Part shown: positions 51,698 to 60,982 of the stretch, in pieces
Position numbering within the stretch: the stretch's first letter is position 1
How the letters are laid out: each line of letters starts with the position of its first letter
Assembly (NCBI GenBank): GCA_964525635.1
Contig: CAZGJX010000008.1
Coordinates: 1-64,000 of the forward strand
Length of the DNA stretch: 64,000 nucleotides
Reading direction: 5' to 3'
Source: an uncultured archaeon
GTDB taxonomy: Archaea; Asgardarchaeota; Lokiarchaeia; Sigyniarchaeales; SOKP01
The notes under the pieces: generated by a model
Told to the model about the DNA's origin: nothing
Databases searched by the model: none
The model's input: only the letters and a program-made list of their open reading frames with translations
Program-made: the position numbers and the translations under genes

Positions 51698-52600
51698 ATG
51701 CTAAATTTTGAAAAAGACCAAAAAACCCAAAAGATTTATAATGTCAATCTTGGAGGAAATGTCGGGGAGAATCCTATTGCTGCTATAGCTAGTGTCTTTT
51801 ATTCTAAACATAAAGCTCTTCTCGATGAAAAAACTGGTAAAATAAATAAGAAATTAATTGAAAAAGAATTAAATGAATTCTTAGATATAATAGATGCAAC
51901 AGGGATTCAAGCAATAATTGATGTTGTTGGGGCTACTCCAAAAGCTCTTCTTAAGGAATGCGTCTATATTGCTGATAATATTGATTTTCCTTTTTTAGTT
52001 GATGGTCTAAATGATGAAATTAGAATCCCAGCCATGAAAGACTTGAAAGAAATTGGATTATTAGATAGAGCTATACTCAATAGTATTGATGAAAATACAT
52101 CAGATGAGACTCTAAATAAAATTCGTGAAATCGGAGTTAAAAATGCGGTGCTATTAACTTTTAGTACAAGACATGTTTTTCCCCAACAAAAAATTGAATT
52201 ATTAGAAAATGTTTTGATTCCTAAGGCAGAAAAAGTAAATATTAAAAATATTATAATAGATACAGCTGTTTTAGATTTACCATCAATGGGTATAAATTTT
52301 GAAACCGTTAAATTGGTAAAAGAAAGATTTGGTTTACCAGCAGGCTATGCTCCTTCAAATGCTATTTTTGGATGGGAATTTATAAGAAAATATGGAGATG
52401 AGGCCAAATGTGGAGCAATTGCATCTATTATGGTTAATTGTGTTAATGCGGGGAGTGATTTTGTTCTATTTGGTCCCATTAAATTTGCTAAATGTATAGT
52501 ACCATCTATTGCATTAGTATCTGGAATTAATTCCTATTATAGAAAGAGAATTCTAAGAAAAGAAATTTCCAACAGAGAATTTATAAAACATATTTTTTAA
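51698..52600 (+). CDS. mtrH: MtrH-family pterin-dependent methyltransferase (stand-alone)
   Basis: FEKDQK, GGNVGENP, SVFYSKH, PFLVDG, ILNSI, IIDTAVLD, GLPAGYAPSNA, GSDFVLFGPI. Confidence 0.85.
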   Translation: MLNFEKDQKTQKIYNVNLGGNVGENPIAAIASVFYSKHKALLDEKTGKINKKLIEKELNEFLDIIDATGIQAIIDVVGATPKALLKECVYIADNIDFPFLVDGLNDEIRIPAMKDLKEIGLLDRAILNSIDENTSDETLNKIREIGVKNAVLLTFSTRHVFPQQKIELLENVLIPKAEKVNIKNIIIDTAVLDLPSMGINFETVKLVKERFGLPAGYAPSNAIFGWEFIRKYGDEAKCGAIASIMVNCVNAGSDFVLFGPIKFAKCIVPSIALVSGINSYYRKRILRKEISNREFIKHIF

Positions 52601-54102
52601 GATATATAAGTTAAGAGTAAATCTTTAATTCGATTTGTAAAATCTATTAATAATCTATCTATTTTTTCTTTTTTATCAACAGTATCGACTAAAAATAAAA
52701 TATGTAAATTTGTTTCAAAAATATCTAATTTTTTAATAAGGACAAATGAATTTGCTAATTTAAATATAGCTTTATCCTTTTTAAGTGCTTTAAACTTATG
52801 GAATATCTTATATAACATAGTAAACTGGGGGGCAGTTATTTCAAAAATATCTTGCAGAATTTCTTTTTTTTCTTCATTTTCCATTAAATTACCTGCCTTA
52901 TATGAATAAAAATCAGCTATAACTAATCCATCGTCACTTAATAATAGTGTTATATACACATCAGTTTTTTTGGAAAATTTTTTGAGATTATGAATTATTA
53001 AATCTCTATTTGGACTTAATTTTGATATTCCAGAGGAAAAAGCTCTTAGAATAGTTGTAATTTCAAAAATACTAGTAATATAAAAATCGAATTTTTTGTC
53101 TGTTGATAAATTAGCAATTTGAGATTTTAAATTCTTTATATTTTGTTTAATTTCTTTTGATTCTAATATATCCATATCACCTTTAGAGAAAATAAACACC
53201 ATTGGTGTATTTTGATCTAATTCTTTTTCTAATACATTGTTGATGTTTTTTAAATAATCTAAACTCTCTTTGAATCTCTCTTTATTTTTAATATCAATAA
53301 AATAAAAAATTAAATCTGTTTCATAGAGATATATATCTGATTTAACTAGATATTTATCCCTTGAGCTAGATTGACCACCTAAATCCCATAAAATTAATGA
53401 TGCTCCTAAGGCTTGGATGGATTGAACACTTGCTCCTCGTGTTGGTTTTAATCTCATTAATTTTGAGAATTTCCTATCAACTGTCAATAGAAAAGAAGTT
53501 TTCCCAGAGTCATCAAGACCAGCTAGAATTATTTTCATTTTTCTTTGAGTTGAAGCTGGGGTTATTGGTTGTTTTTCTATTTGAATTAAATCTTTAATGA
53601 ATTTTTTAAAAAAAGGTCTAACTTCTTCTTCATCCAAAAATCCATCAATTAGTATTTTGTCAAAATCATCAAAAAAGCTCTCTACAATATTTTGAATTCG
53701 CTTATAATTATTATATAAAAAATTACGTTTATTCTCATCAATTAAAATTGAAAATGCCGTTTCAATTGGCTTAATTTTAGTATTTATTTGCAAGTAATGG
53801 AAATAAGTTAATGATGTAAGGTTGAAATCTGGATATGGAATTATTGCAAAATATTTGAATTCCTTTATATTATTTCTATCTGGGATAATTTCATCTGTTA
53901 ATAAAAGACTTAGATTTTTAATAGCAATTTGCATATAATCTCGAAAGGTTAATGATAATAAGTTTTTTCTTTTCTTTGACTTGGGTTCTATATGTATATC
54001 AGGAACCATTTGAGGATAAACATATTTTGGTTGAGGTCCTAATTCATCGTGGATACAAAAAACAAAACCTTTTATTATTGATGATGAGAGTTCTTTTTCC
54101 AT
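52597..54102 (-). CDS. Longin/uDENN-like domain + Arf/Rag-like GTPase + roadblock-like domain fusion
   Basis: FVFCIHDELGPQP; GLDDSGKTS, PTRG, WDLGGQ, SKGD, ITSI; C-terminal LLLSDDGLVIA. Confidence 0.82.
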   Translation of the reverse strand: MEKELSSSIIKGFVFCIHDELGPQPKYVYPQMVPDIHIEPKSKKRKNLLSLTFRDYMQIAIKNLSLLLTDEIIPDRNNIKEFKYFAIIPYPDFNLTSLTYFHYLQINTKIKPIETAFSILIDENKRNFLYNNYKRIQNIVESFFDDFDKILIDGFLDEEEVRPFFKKFIKDLIQIEKQPITPASTQRKMKIILAGLDDSGKTSFLLTVDRKFSKLMRLKPTRGASVQSIQALGASLILWDLGGQSSSRDKYLVKSDIYLYETDLIFYFIDIKNKERFKESLDYLKNINNVLEKELDQNTPMVFIFSKGDMDILESKEIKQNIKNLKSQIANLSTDKKFDFYITSIFEITTILRAFSSGISKLSPNRDLIIHNLKKFSKKTDVYITLLLSDDGLVIADFYSYKAGNLMENEEKKEILQDIFEITAPQFTMLYKIFHKFKALKKDKAIFKLANSFVLIKKLDIFETNLHILFLVDTVDKKEKIDRLLIDFTNRIKDLLLTYIS

Positions 54103-54300
54103 TTTTATTACTTTGTATTTTTATATAAATCTAAAATGTTTTTTATTTATTTTATTAGGTATAAGTTTAAATTAATAAGTTTATTTGGCAATTAAAAAAA
54201 TTTACAGATTTTTTAAAATGTAATTAAAAATTAATTAGAATATTTATAATTGTATTTTTGAAGGAAAAAAAAAGGTTAATTAGAGTTTAAAATAATAAAG

Positions 54301-55257
54301 ATGTTAAAAAAAATAGCAGAGACTATTAGAGAAAATAAAAAATTAATAGTTAAAAAAGAAATTTATCCAATAGTTAATTTTATTGATGCAAACTCCTATA
54401 AAAATAGTAGAATTTTTTCAAGTATAGGAGAAGATAGTGCAGCAATCAAAAATGGGGATAAATACATATTAATGACCACTGATAGAATTAAAACTTCTTT
54501 TATTAATAATAATCCTTTTGGGGCAGGATTTAGTTCTATTTTGGTAAGTGTTGATGATATTTATGCTTGTGGAGGATTTCCAATCGCAGCAAGTATAATT
54601 CTCTCTTATAAAGATGATATTATTGGAAAACAAATTATGGAGGGTATTTGTGAGGGATCTAAGAAGTTTAAGGTCCCAGTTATTAGAGGTCATACGAATC
54701 TTGGTGGTGAAAATGAATTAAGTTCAACAATTATAGGAGAAATAAAAAAAGACAATTATATTTCTGCGTGTGGAGCAAAGGTTAACGATAAAATCATTTT
54801 AGCTGTTGATTTTAATGGAAAAATTGGAAAAACAAATAAATATATTTATGATACTACAACCTTTAAGAGTTCTGAGAGAATTCTCTATAAAAGAGAAAGT
54901 ATGAATATTATAGCAAAAAAAAAGATTGTTAATGCATCAAAAGATATTTCAAATGGGGGAATATTTGGAACATTAATACAATTAATTAAATTTTCTGGGC
55001 TTGGAGCTGAAATTTATATTGATAATATAGAAATACCACCCATATTAATTGAATTAAATTACGATTTAAATATGTTTTCAAAAATGTATTTAACTACTTC
55101 ATTTATTTTGACAGCTCCTGAAGAAAAATGCAAAACAATTATTGAAGTTTTTAAAGACCATGGAATGAAGGCACATATAATTGGAAATATAACGAAAAAT
55201 AAAGAAATCTTAAGAATTTATAATAAAAAAGGTGTTATGGAAACAATCAGTTTCTAA
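54301..55257 (+). CDS. AIR synthase (PurM)-superfamily protein, COG2144-like
   Basis: GEDSAAI, VDDIYACGGFP, GHT, KDISNGG. Confidence 0.82.
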   Translation: MLKKIAETIRENKKLIVKKEIYPIVNFIDANSYKNSRIFSSIGEDSAAIKNGDKYILMTTDRIKTSFINNNPFGAGFSSILVSVDDIYACGGFPIAASIILSYKDDIIGKQIMEGICEGSKKFKVPVIRGHTNLGGENELSSTIIGEIKKDNYISACGAKVNDKIILAVDFNGKIGKTNKYIYDTTTFKSSERILYKRESMNIIAKKKIVNASKDISNGGIFGTLIQLIKFSGLGAEIYIDNIEIPPILIELNYDLNMFSKMYLTTSFILTAPEEKCKTIIEVFKDHGMKAHIIGNITKNKEILRIYNKKGVMETISF

Positions 55258-55445
55258 GTGTTTTAAGAAGAAGAGATCTTTTAATACACCAATTATTTTT
55301 GATGATAAAAACCTGATTAAAAAAAAAAGGATTAAGAAAATATCTGAAAAATATTAATAAAATTTTAATATATGATAAAATATTATTTTTTTATAGATCG
55401 CGATAATAAAATTTCATCAATCCATAAATAAGGATAAAATTTTTT

Positions 55446-56621
55446 ATGAGAAAAAATAAAATTAAAAATAATATATTTAAGTTATTTATATTTCTATTAT
55501 TAGTTAATACTCTTATTTTTCTCAATTTTAATAAATTTACATATTTTAATAATGAATCTATTGCTTTAATAAATCCTCATATAAATTCAATAATTCTTAC
55601 CAATACAACTGTATTATCTGATGGGTACAGTGGAAACTATTGGAATGATGGAATAAGTGAGGAAACAATATAATTATTGATGAAACAGGTAAAATACATT
55701 TAGTTTTAGAGGATAGTACTAATGGACGTTTTGGGGACTGACAGTGAAATAATGTATATTTCATCTATAAATGGGATAGATTGGTTAAATCCTATAGTTA
55801 TTTTAGATGGATACAATAATTATTATTGGAATACCGGAAAAAGTTTTTCTCCAGATATAACAGTAGATAATGAAAGTAATATTCATGCTGTATGGACCGA
55901 TCATACAAAGGGATTTTGGGATAATGATACTGAAATCTTATATTTAGTTAGTCAATATGAATATGAAGACCTAATATGGGATGAAATTCCATTAGATCAA
56001 AGAATTGCTTATAGTAAAAGTTTTTCTTATGATATAAATGCTTCTGATCCTACAGGGATTACGTATTATTGGATTAATGATACTTTAAATTTTGATATAG
56101 AAATAAATGGTATTATTACTAACAACTCAATTTTAGACGTAGGAATTTATTGGATTGAAGTACGTGTTTATGATTGTGATGATAATTATTATAGTGCAAA
56201 TATTAAAATCACTGTATTTAAATCACCTAAAAAAGATATTTTTCCAATTTTAAATATTGCATTAATAAATGGAGCTTTAATTGGGGCCTCTGGCTTCGCA
56301 TTATTTTATTTACATAAAAAAAATCTATTTACTAAAATAGGTTTCAAAAGTAAAACAGGTCCTAAAAAATTACCCATAAAGCCTATTAGGGGCCAAAATG
56401 TTTTGTCGAAATTAGTTCAAGAGAATATAATAGATAATTTAAGTAATATTAAGGGTCTTAAGTTAACCAGTTTTAACAGAAAAGATATAGCATTTATAGA
56501 TCAATTTCAATGGGATCAAAATGAGAGAACCGAATTTTTATATGATTTAGCTTTTTTCTCAGAGAAGAAGCGCCAAAAAATCTTCAATGAGTTGAAATTT
56601 TATCAAAATAATTTGAATTAA
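55446..56621 (+). pseudogene. Frameshifted single-pass surface protein (propeller-like repeats, Ig-like domain, TM, conserved cytoplasmic tail)
   Basis: Signal peptide; repeat SDG...YWN-G-S...D...IH-V-D-T-G...D-EI-Y is split over three frames between ~55660 and ~55740; TM ILNIALINGALIGASGFALFYL; tail IDQFQWDQNERTEFL...KRQKIFNEL. Confidence 0.75.
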
Positions 56622-56646
56622 AAAATCAAATAGGATAGATATAAAA

Positions 56647-57327
56647 ATGCATATTAAACTTACTCATCAAGAGAATTTGATTCTAAATATTGTTCAACAA
56701 CATCTAGAAAAAAAGAGAGAGTTCAATATGAAAAAATTATTATCATTAATTCAAATTAGATTCAGATTAAGTAATATTAATGTTAATAAAAATGGGATAC
56801 AAAATATATTAAGATCATTAATTAAGAAAAATTTTGTTGTAGAAGGGTCAAAATTAGTAAAAACTAACATATTAAATAATCAAAAAAGAAGAATAATATT
56901 TAAATATATAACGAATCATCCAGGAACTTATTTCCTTGAAATTGTTAAAGATTTAAATTTAAATTTTAATGTAGTTATTTGGCATTTAAATATTTTGGAA
57001 AAATTCACACTAGTTAAAAGAAAACAAATTGAAAATCGTTATATATATTTTAATAATCAAATAGATTTTAAACAAGTTAAGCAAATACATTTCTTGGAAA
57101 GAAATAAAACAATTAAGATAATCAACTTTCTCAAACAAAATAATAATGGTATAACTAAAACTAAATTAGCTGAATATCTTAATATGCATTATAATACAAT
57201 TAAAAAGTATATTGATAAAATGGAGCAATATGATCTTTTAAATAAAAAATATGAATCAAATAAACTACTATATTTATTGAATTTGGAAAATTATAAACAA
57301 GCAAAATCTGAATTTAATTTGGAGTAA
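56647..57327 (+). CDS. Multi-winged-helix transcriptional regulator, paralog of 984..1652
   Basis: Shared VEGSKL, PG, VV-WHL, GITKT, L-MH-NTI-KY motifs along the full length. Confidence 0.85.
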   Translation: MHIKLTHQENLILNIVQQHLEKKREFNMKKLLSLIQIRFRLSNINVNKNGIQNILRSLIKKNFVVEGSKLVKTNILNNQKRRIIFKYITNHPGTYFLEIVKDLNLNFNVVIWHLNILEKFTLVKRKQIENRYIYFNNQIDFKQVKQIHFLERNKTIKIINFLKQNNNGITKTKLAEYLNMHYNTIKKYIDKMEQYDLLNKKYESNKLLYLLNLENYKQAKSEFNLE

Positions 57328-57532
57328 AAACATTTTTATTTATTTATTATATCTAAATTTAAGTTTTTCAATATTAAATTAAGTTTAAACTAAAACTATA
57401 ATAATATAGAAATTATGTATCTATTCATTAGATAGAAAAAATTATTAAATAAAAAAATCTTTTGAGATTAAATAACCGTAAAAATTCTATATATATGAAT
57501 AAATTCTAAAAAAAAAATCAAATATTATTTAT

Positions 57533-58246
57533 ATGTTAGTTAAAAAATTAAATTTTTATATATTATCTTTGTTTATTACATTAATATTTTTATCCAGTTT
57601 TGTTTCATATTTTATATCTTCTAACAATTTTATTGGTTATGGAAATTATAATACACAAAATCAAGATATCAAAATATCTCAAGGAATGAACAATCATTCA
57701 GTGAATTATATCTTTCCAAAAATAATCTGGATTGAATGTCAGGTTGAAATCACAATTAAATCTAATCAAAGTGGAGAAATAAATATTTTTATGGATGATT
57801 TTGGCAGTAATGATACTTTTGATGCTATAAATCAAAATTTCACGTTAGTTGGATATAATCAAAGTCAAACATTTATAATAAAAACTCAAGCAAAATTATC
57901 CACTTTTCCTGGAAAATATAATTTTATTTTAAGTATATCTGGTCTTTTTTATGAAATCGTATTGTTTGAATCTATTTTAGTAATGGGATATATTTTGATG
58001 TTTCTTTTCATTGGGGTGATTGGAATTCCTTTCACTATAATATTAATAAAAAAGTTTAAAACTAAGGAGGATGTCTCCAAAAAACCAATTCCACATACAA
58101 AATCTTATGAAACTATTGAAGGTCTAACTGCAAAAAAAATTATGTGCCCAAAATGTCAAGAAATTATTCCGGAAGGATTATCATTATGTCCCGAATGTGG
58201 TGATAGAATTCCAGAGTTTTTACGTTATTCAAGTCCAACATCTTAA
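57533..58246 (+). CDS. Membrane protein with Ig-like ectodomain and cytoplasmic zinc ribbon
   Basis: N-terminal signal/TM, beta-rich region with PGKY, TM, CPKC...CPECG. Confidence 0.72.
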   Translation: MLVKKLNFYILSLFITLIFLSSFVSYFISSNNFIGYGNYNTQNQDIKISQGMNNHSVNYIFPKIIWIECQVEITIKSNQSGEINIFMDDFGSNDTFDAINQNFTLVGYNQSQTFIIKTQAKLSTFPGKYNFILSISGLFYEIVLFESILVMGYILMFLFIGVIGIPFTIILIKKFKTKEDVSKKPIPHTKSYETIEGLTAKKIMCPKCQEIIPEGLSLCPECGDRIPEFLRYSSPTS

Positions 58247-58268
58247 TCAATAAAAATTTAAAAAAAAA

Positions 58269-58769
58269 TTGAGAGAAATGATAAATTTAGAAGTTAGAAT
58301 TCCTGATACTCCAGGAAGTTTAATAGAATTAATACAACCAATTTCTAACAATGGAGGAAATATTTTTGGAATACTTCATCATCATGATAAAAAAATAAAT
58401 AATATGATTCCAGTGAATATTTCTTTTGAATTAAATGAAGAATTGAAAGAGAAAAGATTGGAAGATATTAAAAATCAACTCTTGAAAAATAAAATTCAAA
58501 TAGATAATGTTAGTTCAGGAGTAGAGAAACATCATCTAATTGTTATATTAACGGGACATGTATTTGATACTGATATAGTTGATACAATAAAAAGATTAGC
58601 TTCTAAAAATATTAAAGTATCCGAATTGCAGGCTAAAATTACAGAAATATCTGAAGTTAGTAATGTAAAATTAAAAATAGATTTTCCTGAATCAATTACT
58701 AAAGATCAAATGCTTGATGAATTAAATAAAATATGTAATGAAAAAAATCTAATTCTTATTAGATCTTAA
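58269..58769 (+). CDS. Double ACT-domain allosteric regulator of homoserine dehydrogenase (COG2061-like)
   Basis: DTPGSL...PIS..GGNI; GHVFDTDIVDTI; adjacent to hom. Confidence 0.85.
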   Translation: MREMINLEVRIPDTPGSLIELIQPISNNGGNIFGILHHHDKKINNMIPVNISFELNEELKEKRLEDIKNQLLKNKIQIDNVSSGVEKHHLIVILTGHVFDTDIVDTIKRLASKNIKVSELQAKITEISEVSNVKLKIDFPESITKDQMLDELNKICNEKNLILIRS

Positions 58770-58920
58770 ATATTAAGTTTATTTTATAATAGATAATAAA
58801 CTCATATATTGAATCTTATATTAAGGTTACATTTAAATTCAGATAAAAAATTTATCCAATTTTTTATTAACTATTATAAAAAAATTAAATTGGAATTAAA
58901 CATCCTAATTGTTATTAATT

Positions 58921-59940
58921 ATGGAAATCAAAATTGGATTAATAGGGAAAGGGAATGTAGGTACATCCTTTATCGATTTATTAAAAAGAAAAGAAAATTA
59001 TTTGATAAATAGTTATGGAATAAGGATTAAAGTCATTGCTATTTTTGAATATGATGGTGCTTTAATAAATGAAAAAGGTTTGGATTTATCAAAGATAATA
59101 GAGAAGAAAGAAAATTTTAGAATCCTTGAGGATTGGAAAAATAATATAAAAGCAATAGAACATATCTCAAAATTGGGATTAGATATTTGCATAGATACAA
59201 CTCCGACAAATTCAGAAACAGGAGAACCTGCACAGAGTCATATTAGAGAAGCACTTATAAATAATATTAATTTTATATCATCTAGTAAGGGTCCTTTTTA
59301 TTTAAAATATGAAGAAATACATGATTTGGCAAAAAAAACAGGTACATCTATAAAATATGAAGCAACTGTAGCCTCTTGTGTACCTGTTTTATCTATTAAA
59401 AATTCTTTAATTGGAAATGAAATTTTAAGTATAACAGCTATATTAAATGGAACATCAAATTATATTTTAAGTCGTATGACTTCTGAAGGAGTATCATTTT
59501 CAGTTGCTCTAAAAGAGGCACAAGAATTAGGTTATGCTGAAGCAGATCCTACTCTAGACATTGAAGGATATGATGCAGCAGGAAAATTAGTTATTTTGGC
59601 AAATGAATTATTGAATTGGTCAAAAACAATTAAAGATGTTAAAATCAAAGGTATAACAAAAATTACACCTCAAGCAATAGATTTGGCAAAAACTGATGGA
59701 TATATAATAAAACATTTAGCCATTGCGGAAAATAATACCTTAATTGTTGAGCCACGATTAATTGAGATTAATTCCCCTCTAAATATTGGTGGAACCTTAA
59801 ATGTGGTTGAATTTCAAACTAAATATGGTGGCCCTATTATAATTATGGGGAGAGGTGCTGGAGGTTATGAAGCAGCATCAGCAATATTAAATGACCTAAT
59901 TAACATTTTAAAATTGAGAAATAAACTTAAAAAGGCATAA
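58921..59940 (+). CDS. hom: Homoserine dehydrogenase
   Basis: GKGNVG, YEATV, ILNGTSNYIL, GYAEADPTLDIEGYDAAGK, GRGAGG. Confidence 0.95.
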   Translation: MEIKIGLIGKGNVGTSFIDLLKRKENYLINSYGIRIKVIAIFEYDGALINEKGLDLSKIIEKKENFRILEDWKNNIKAIEHISKLGLDICIDTTPTNSETGEPAQSHIREALINNINFISSSKGPFYLKYEEIHDLAKKTGTSIKYEATVASCVPVLSIKNSLIGNEILSITAILNGTSNYILSRMTSEGVSFSVALKEAQELGYAEADPTLDIEGYDAAGKLVILANELLNWSKTIKDVKIKGITKITPQAIDLAKTDGYIIKHLAIAENNTLIVEPRLIEINSPLNIGGTLNVVEFQTKYGGPIIIMGRGAGGYEAASAILNDLINILKLRNKLKKA

Positions 59941-59998
59941 TCAAGTTTTAATTTAACATCATTTATTTTTATTTAAAATTATAAAATAATCATTATAT

Positions 59999-60565
59999 TT
60001 GAGGATTTTAATGAAATTTGATTTTAAAAAAGAGTGTAAAGGAATAATATCAATAATATGTGGAAGTGAGATAGATAAGGATACAGAAGAGAAAGCAATT
60101 GAAATAGGGCGTCTCTTGGCAAAAAATAATTATGTTATCTCATGTGGAGGATTATTTGGAGCTATGGAAGCAGTTTGTAAAGGAGCAAAGGAAGAAGGAG
60201 GTTTAACTATAGGGATTATTCCCCATAAAGAAAAAAGTACTGCTAATAAATATATAGATATTGCAATCCCCGTCCCATTTTCTCAAGCAAGAAACATAGT
60301 TGTTGTATTAAGTGGCGATATTTGTGTAGCTATAGGAGGAAAAGCTGGGACGCTCTCTGAAATGTGTTTTGCATGGATTTATGGTAAACCCCTAATCGCT
60401 TTATCTAGTGTTGATGGATGGTCATCAAAATTAGCTAATCAAAAAATAGACGATAGAAGACCAGATTTAATATATAGTGCCAAAAATCCTCAGGAAGTTT
60501 TAAATATAATCCTAGAATTATCTAAAAAAAATAATTTTAAAGACTTAAGCTTTAAAGATTTTTAA
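59999..60565 (+). CDS. LOG family protein (TIGR00725-like)
   Basis: CGGLFGAMEAVCKGA, ARN, GGKAGTLSE. Confidence 0.88.
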   Translation: MRILMKFDFKKECKGIISIICGSEIDKDTEEKAIEIGRLLAKNNYVISCGGLFGAMEAVCKGAKEEGGLTIGIIPHKEKSTANKYIDIAIPVPFSQARNIVVVLSGDICVAIGGKAGTLSEMCFAWIYGKPLIALSSVDGWSSKLANQKIDDRRPDLIYSAKNPQEVLNIILELSKKNNFKDLSFKDF

Positions 60566-60982
60566 ATAATTATTATTCAAGAAAAAAAAAGTATTAATAT
60601 TAATATTGATATTTATATCTAATTCTCCCTGTCATATTCTGTATTGGCAGCCTCCACAATACAAATCATACAAAATCCTACAATCATTAAAGGAATCCTA
60701 AGAGCTAAAAGATCGTATATGCTACTCCCCCCATGATTACCAAAACCAGTACTATAATCATATATAGTATATATTTTGGGGAAATATTTCTTATAATTCT
60801 CATGGATAAAATATATTCTCTAATAATATAAATATATTATATATTTTATTTTTTTAAATTATAAACTTAACACATATCATTGGGAGGATTATATTCTTGA
60901 TTAGTAATCAAAGAAATATTATTTCTGGTTATAATTTATAACATAACTTTTTTGGTAAATAATCATTAAAAAAAACATTATT

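Noticed and set aside
81-54693. Short overlapping ORFs in the track (e.g. 81..347, 457..714, 1290..1526, 2099..2305, 7077..7292, 9774..9974, 12277..14046 set, 16024..16260, 22765..23301, 24425..24871, 25332..25535, 29962..30408, 30656..30889, 31853..32119, 38926..39108, 40585..40845, 45123..45341, 49262..49483, 53397..53597, 54469..54693)
   Set aside because: Antisense or alternate-frame shadows of well-supported genes, with no recognisable motifs
54301-55257. Selenophosphate synthetase (SelD) call
   Set aside because: PurM-superfamily motifs are present but the N-terminal Cys/Sec-x-x-Lys catalytic motif is absent
58809-59012. 67-aa ORF overlapping the hom start
   Set aside because: Low-complexity AT-rich frame overlapping a clear gene; no supporting motif
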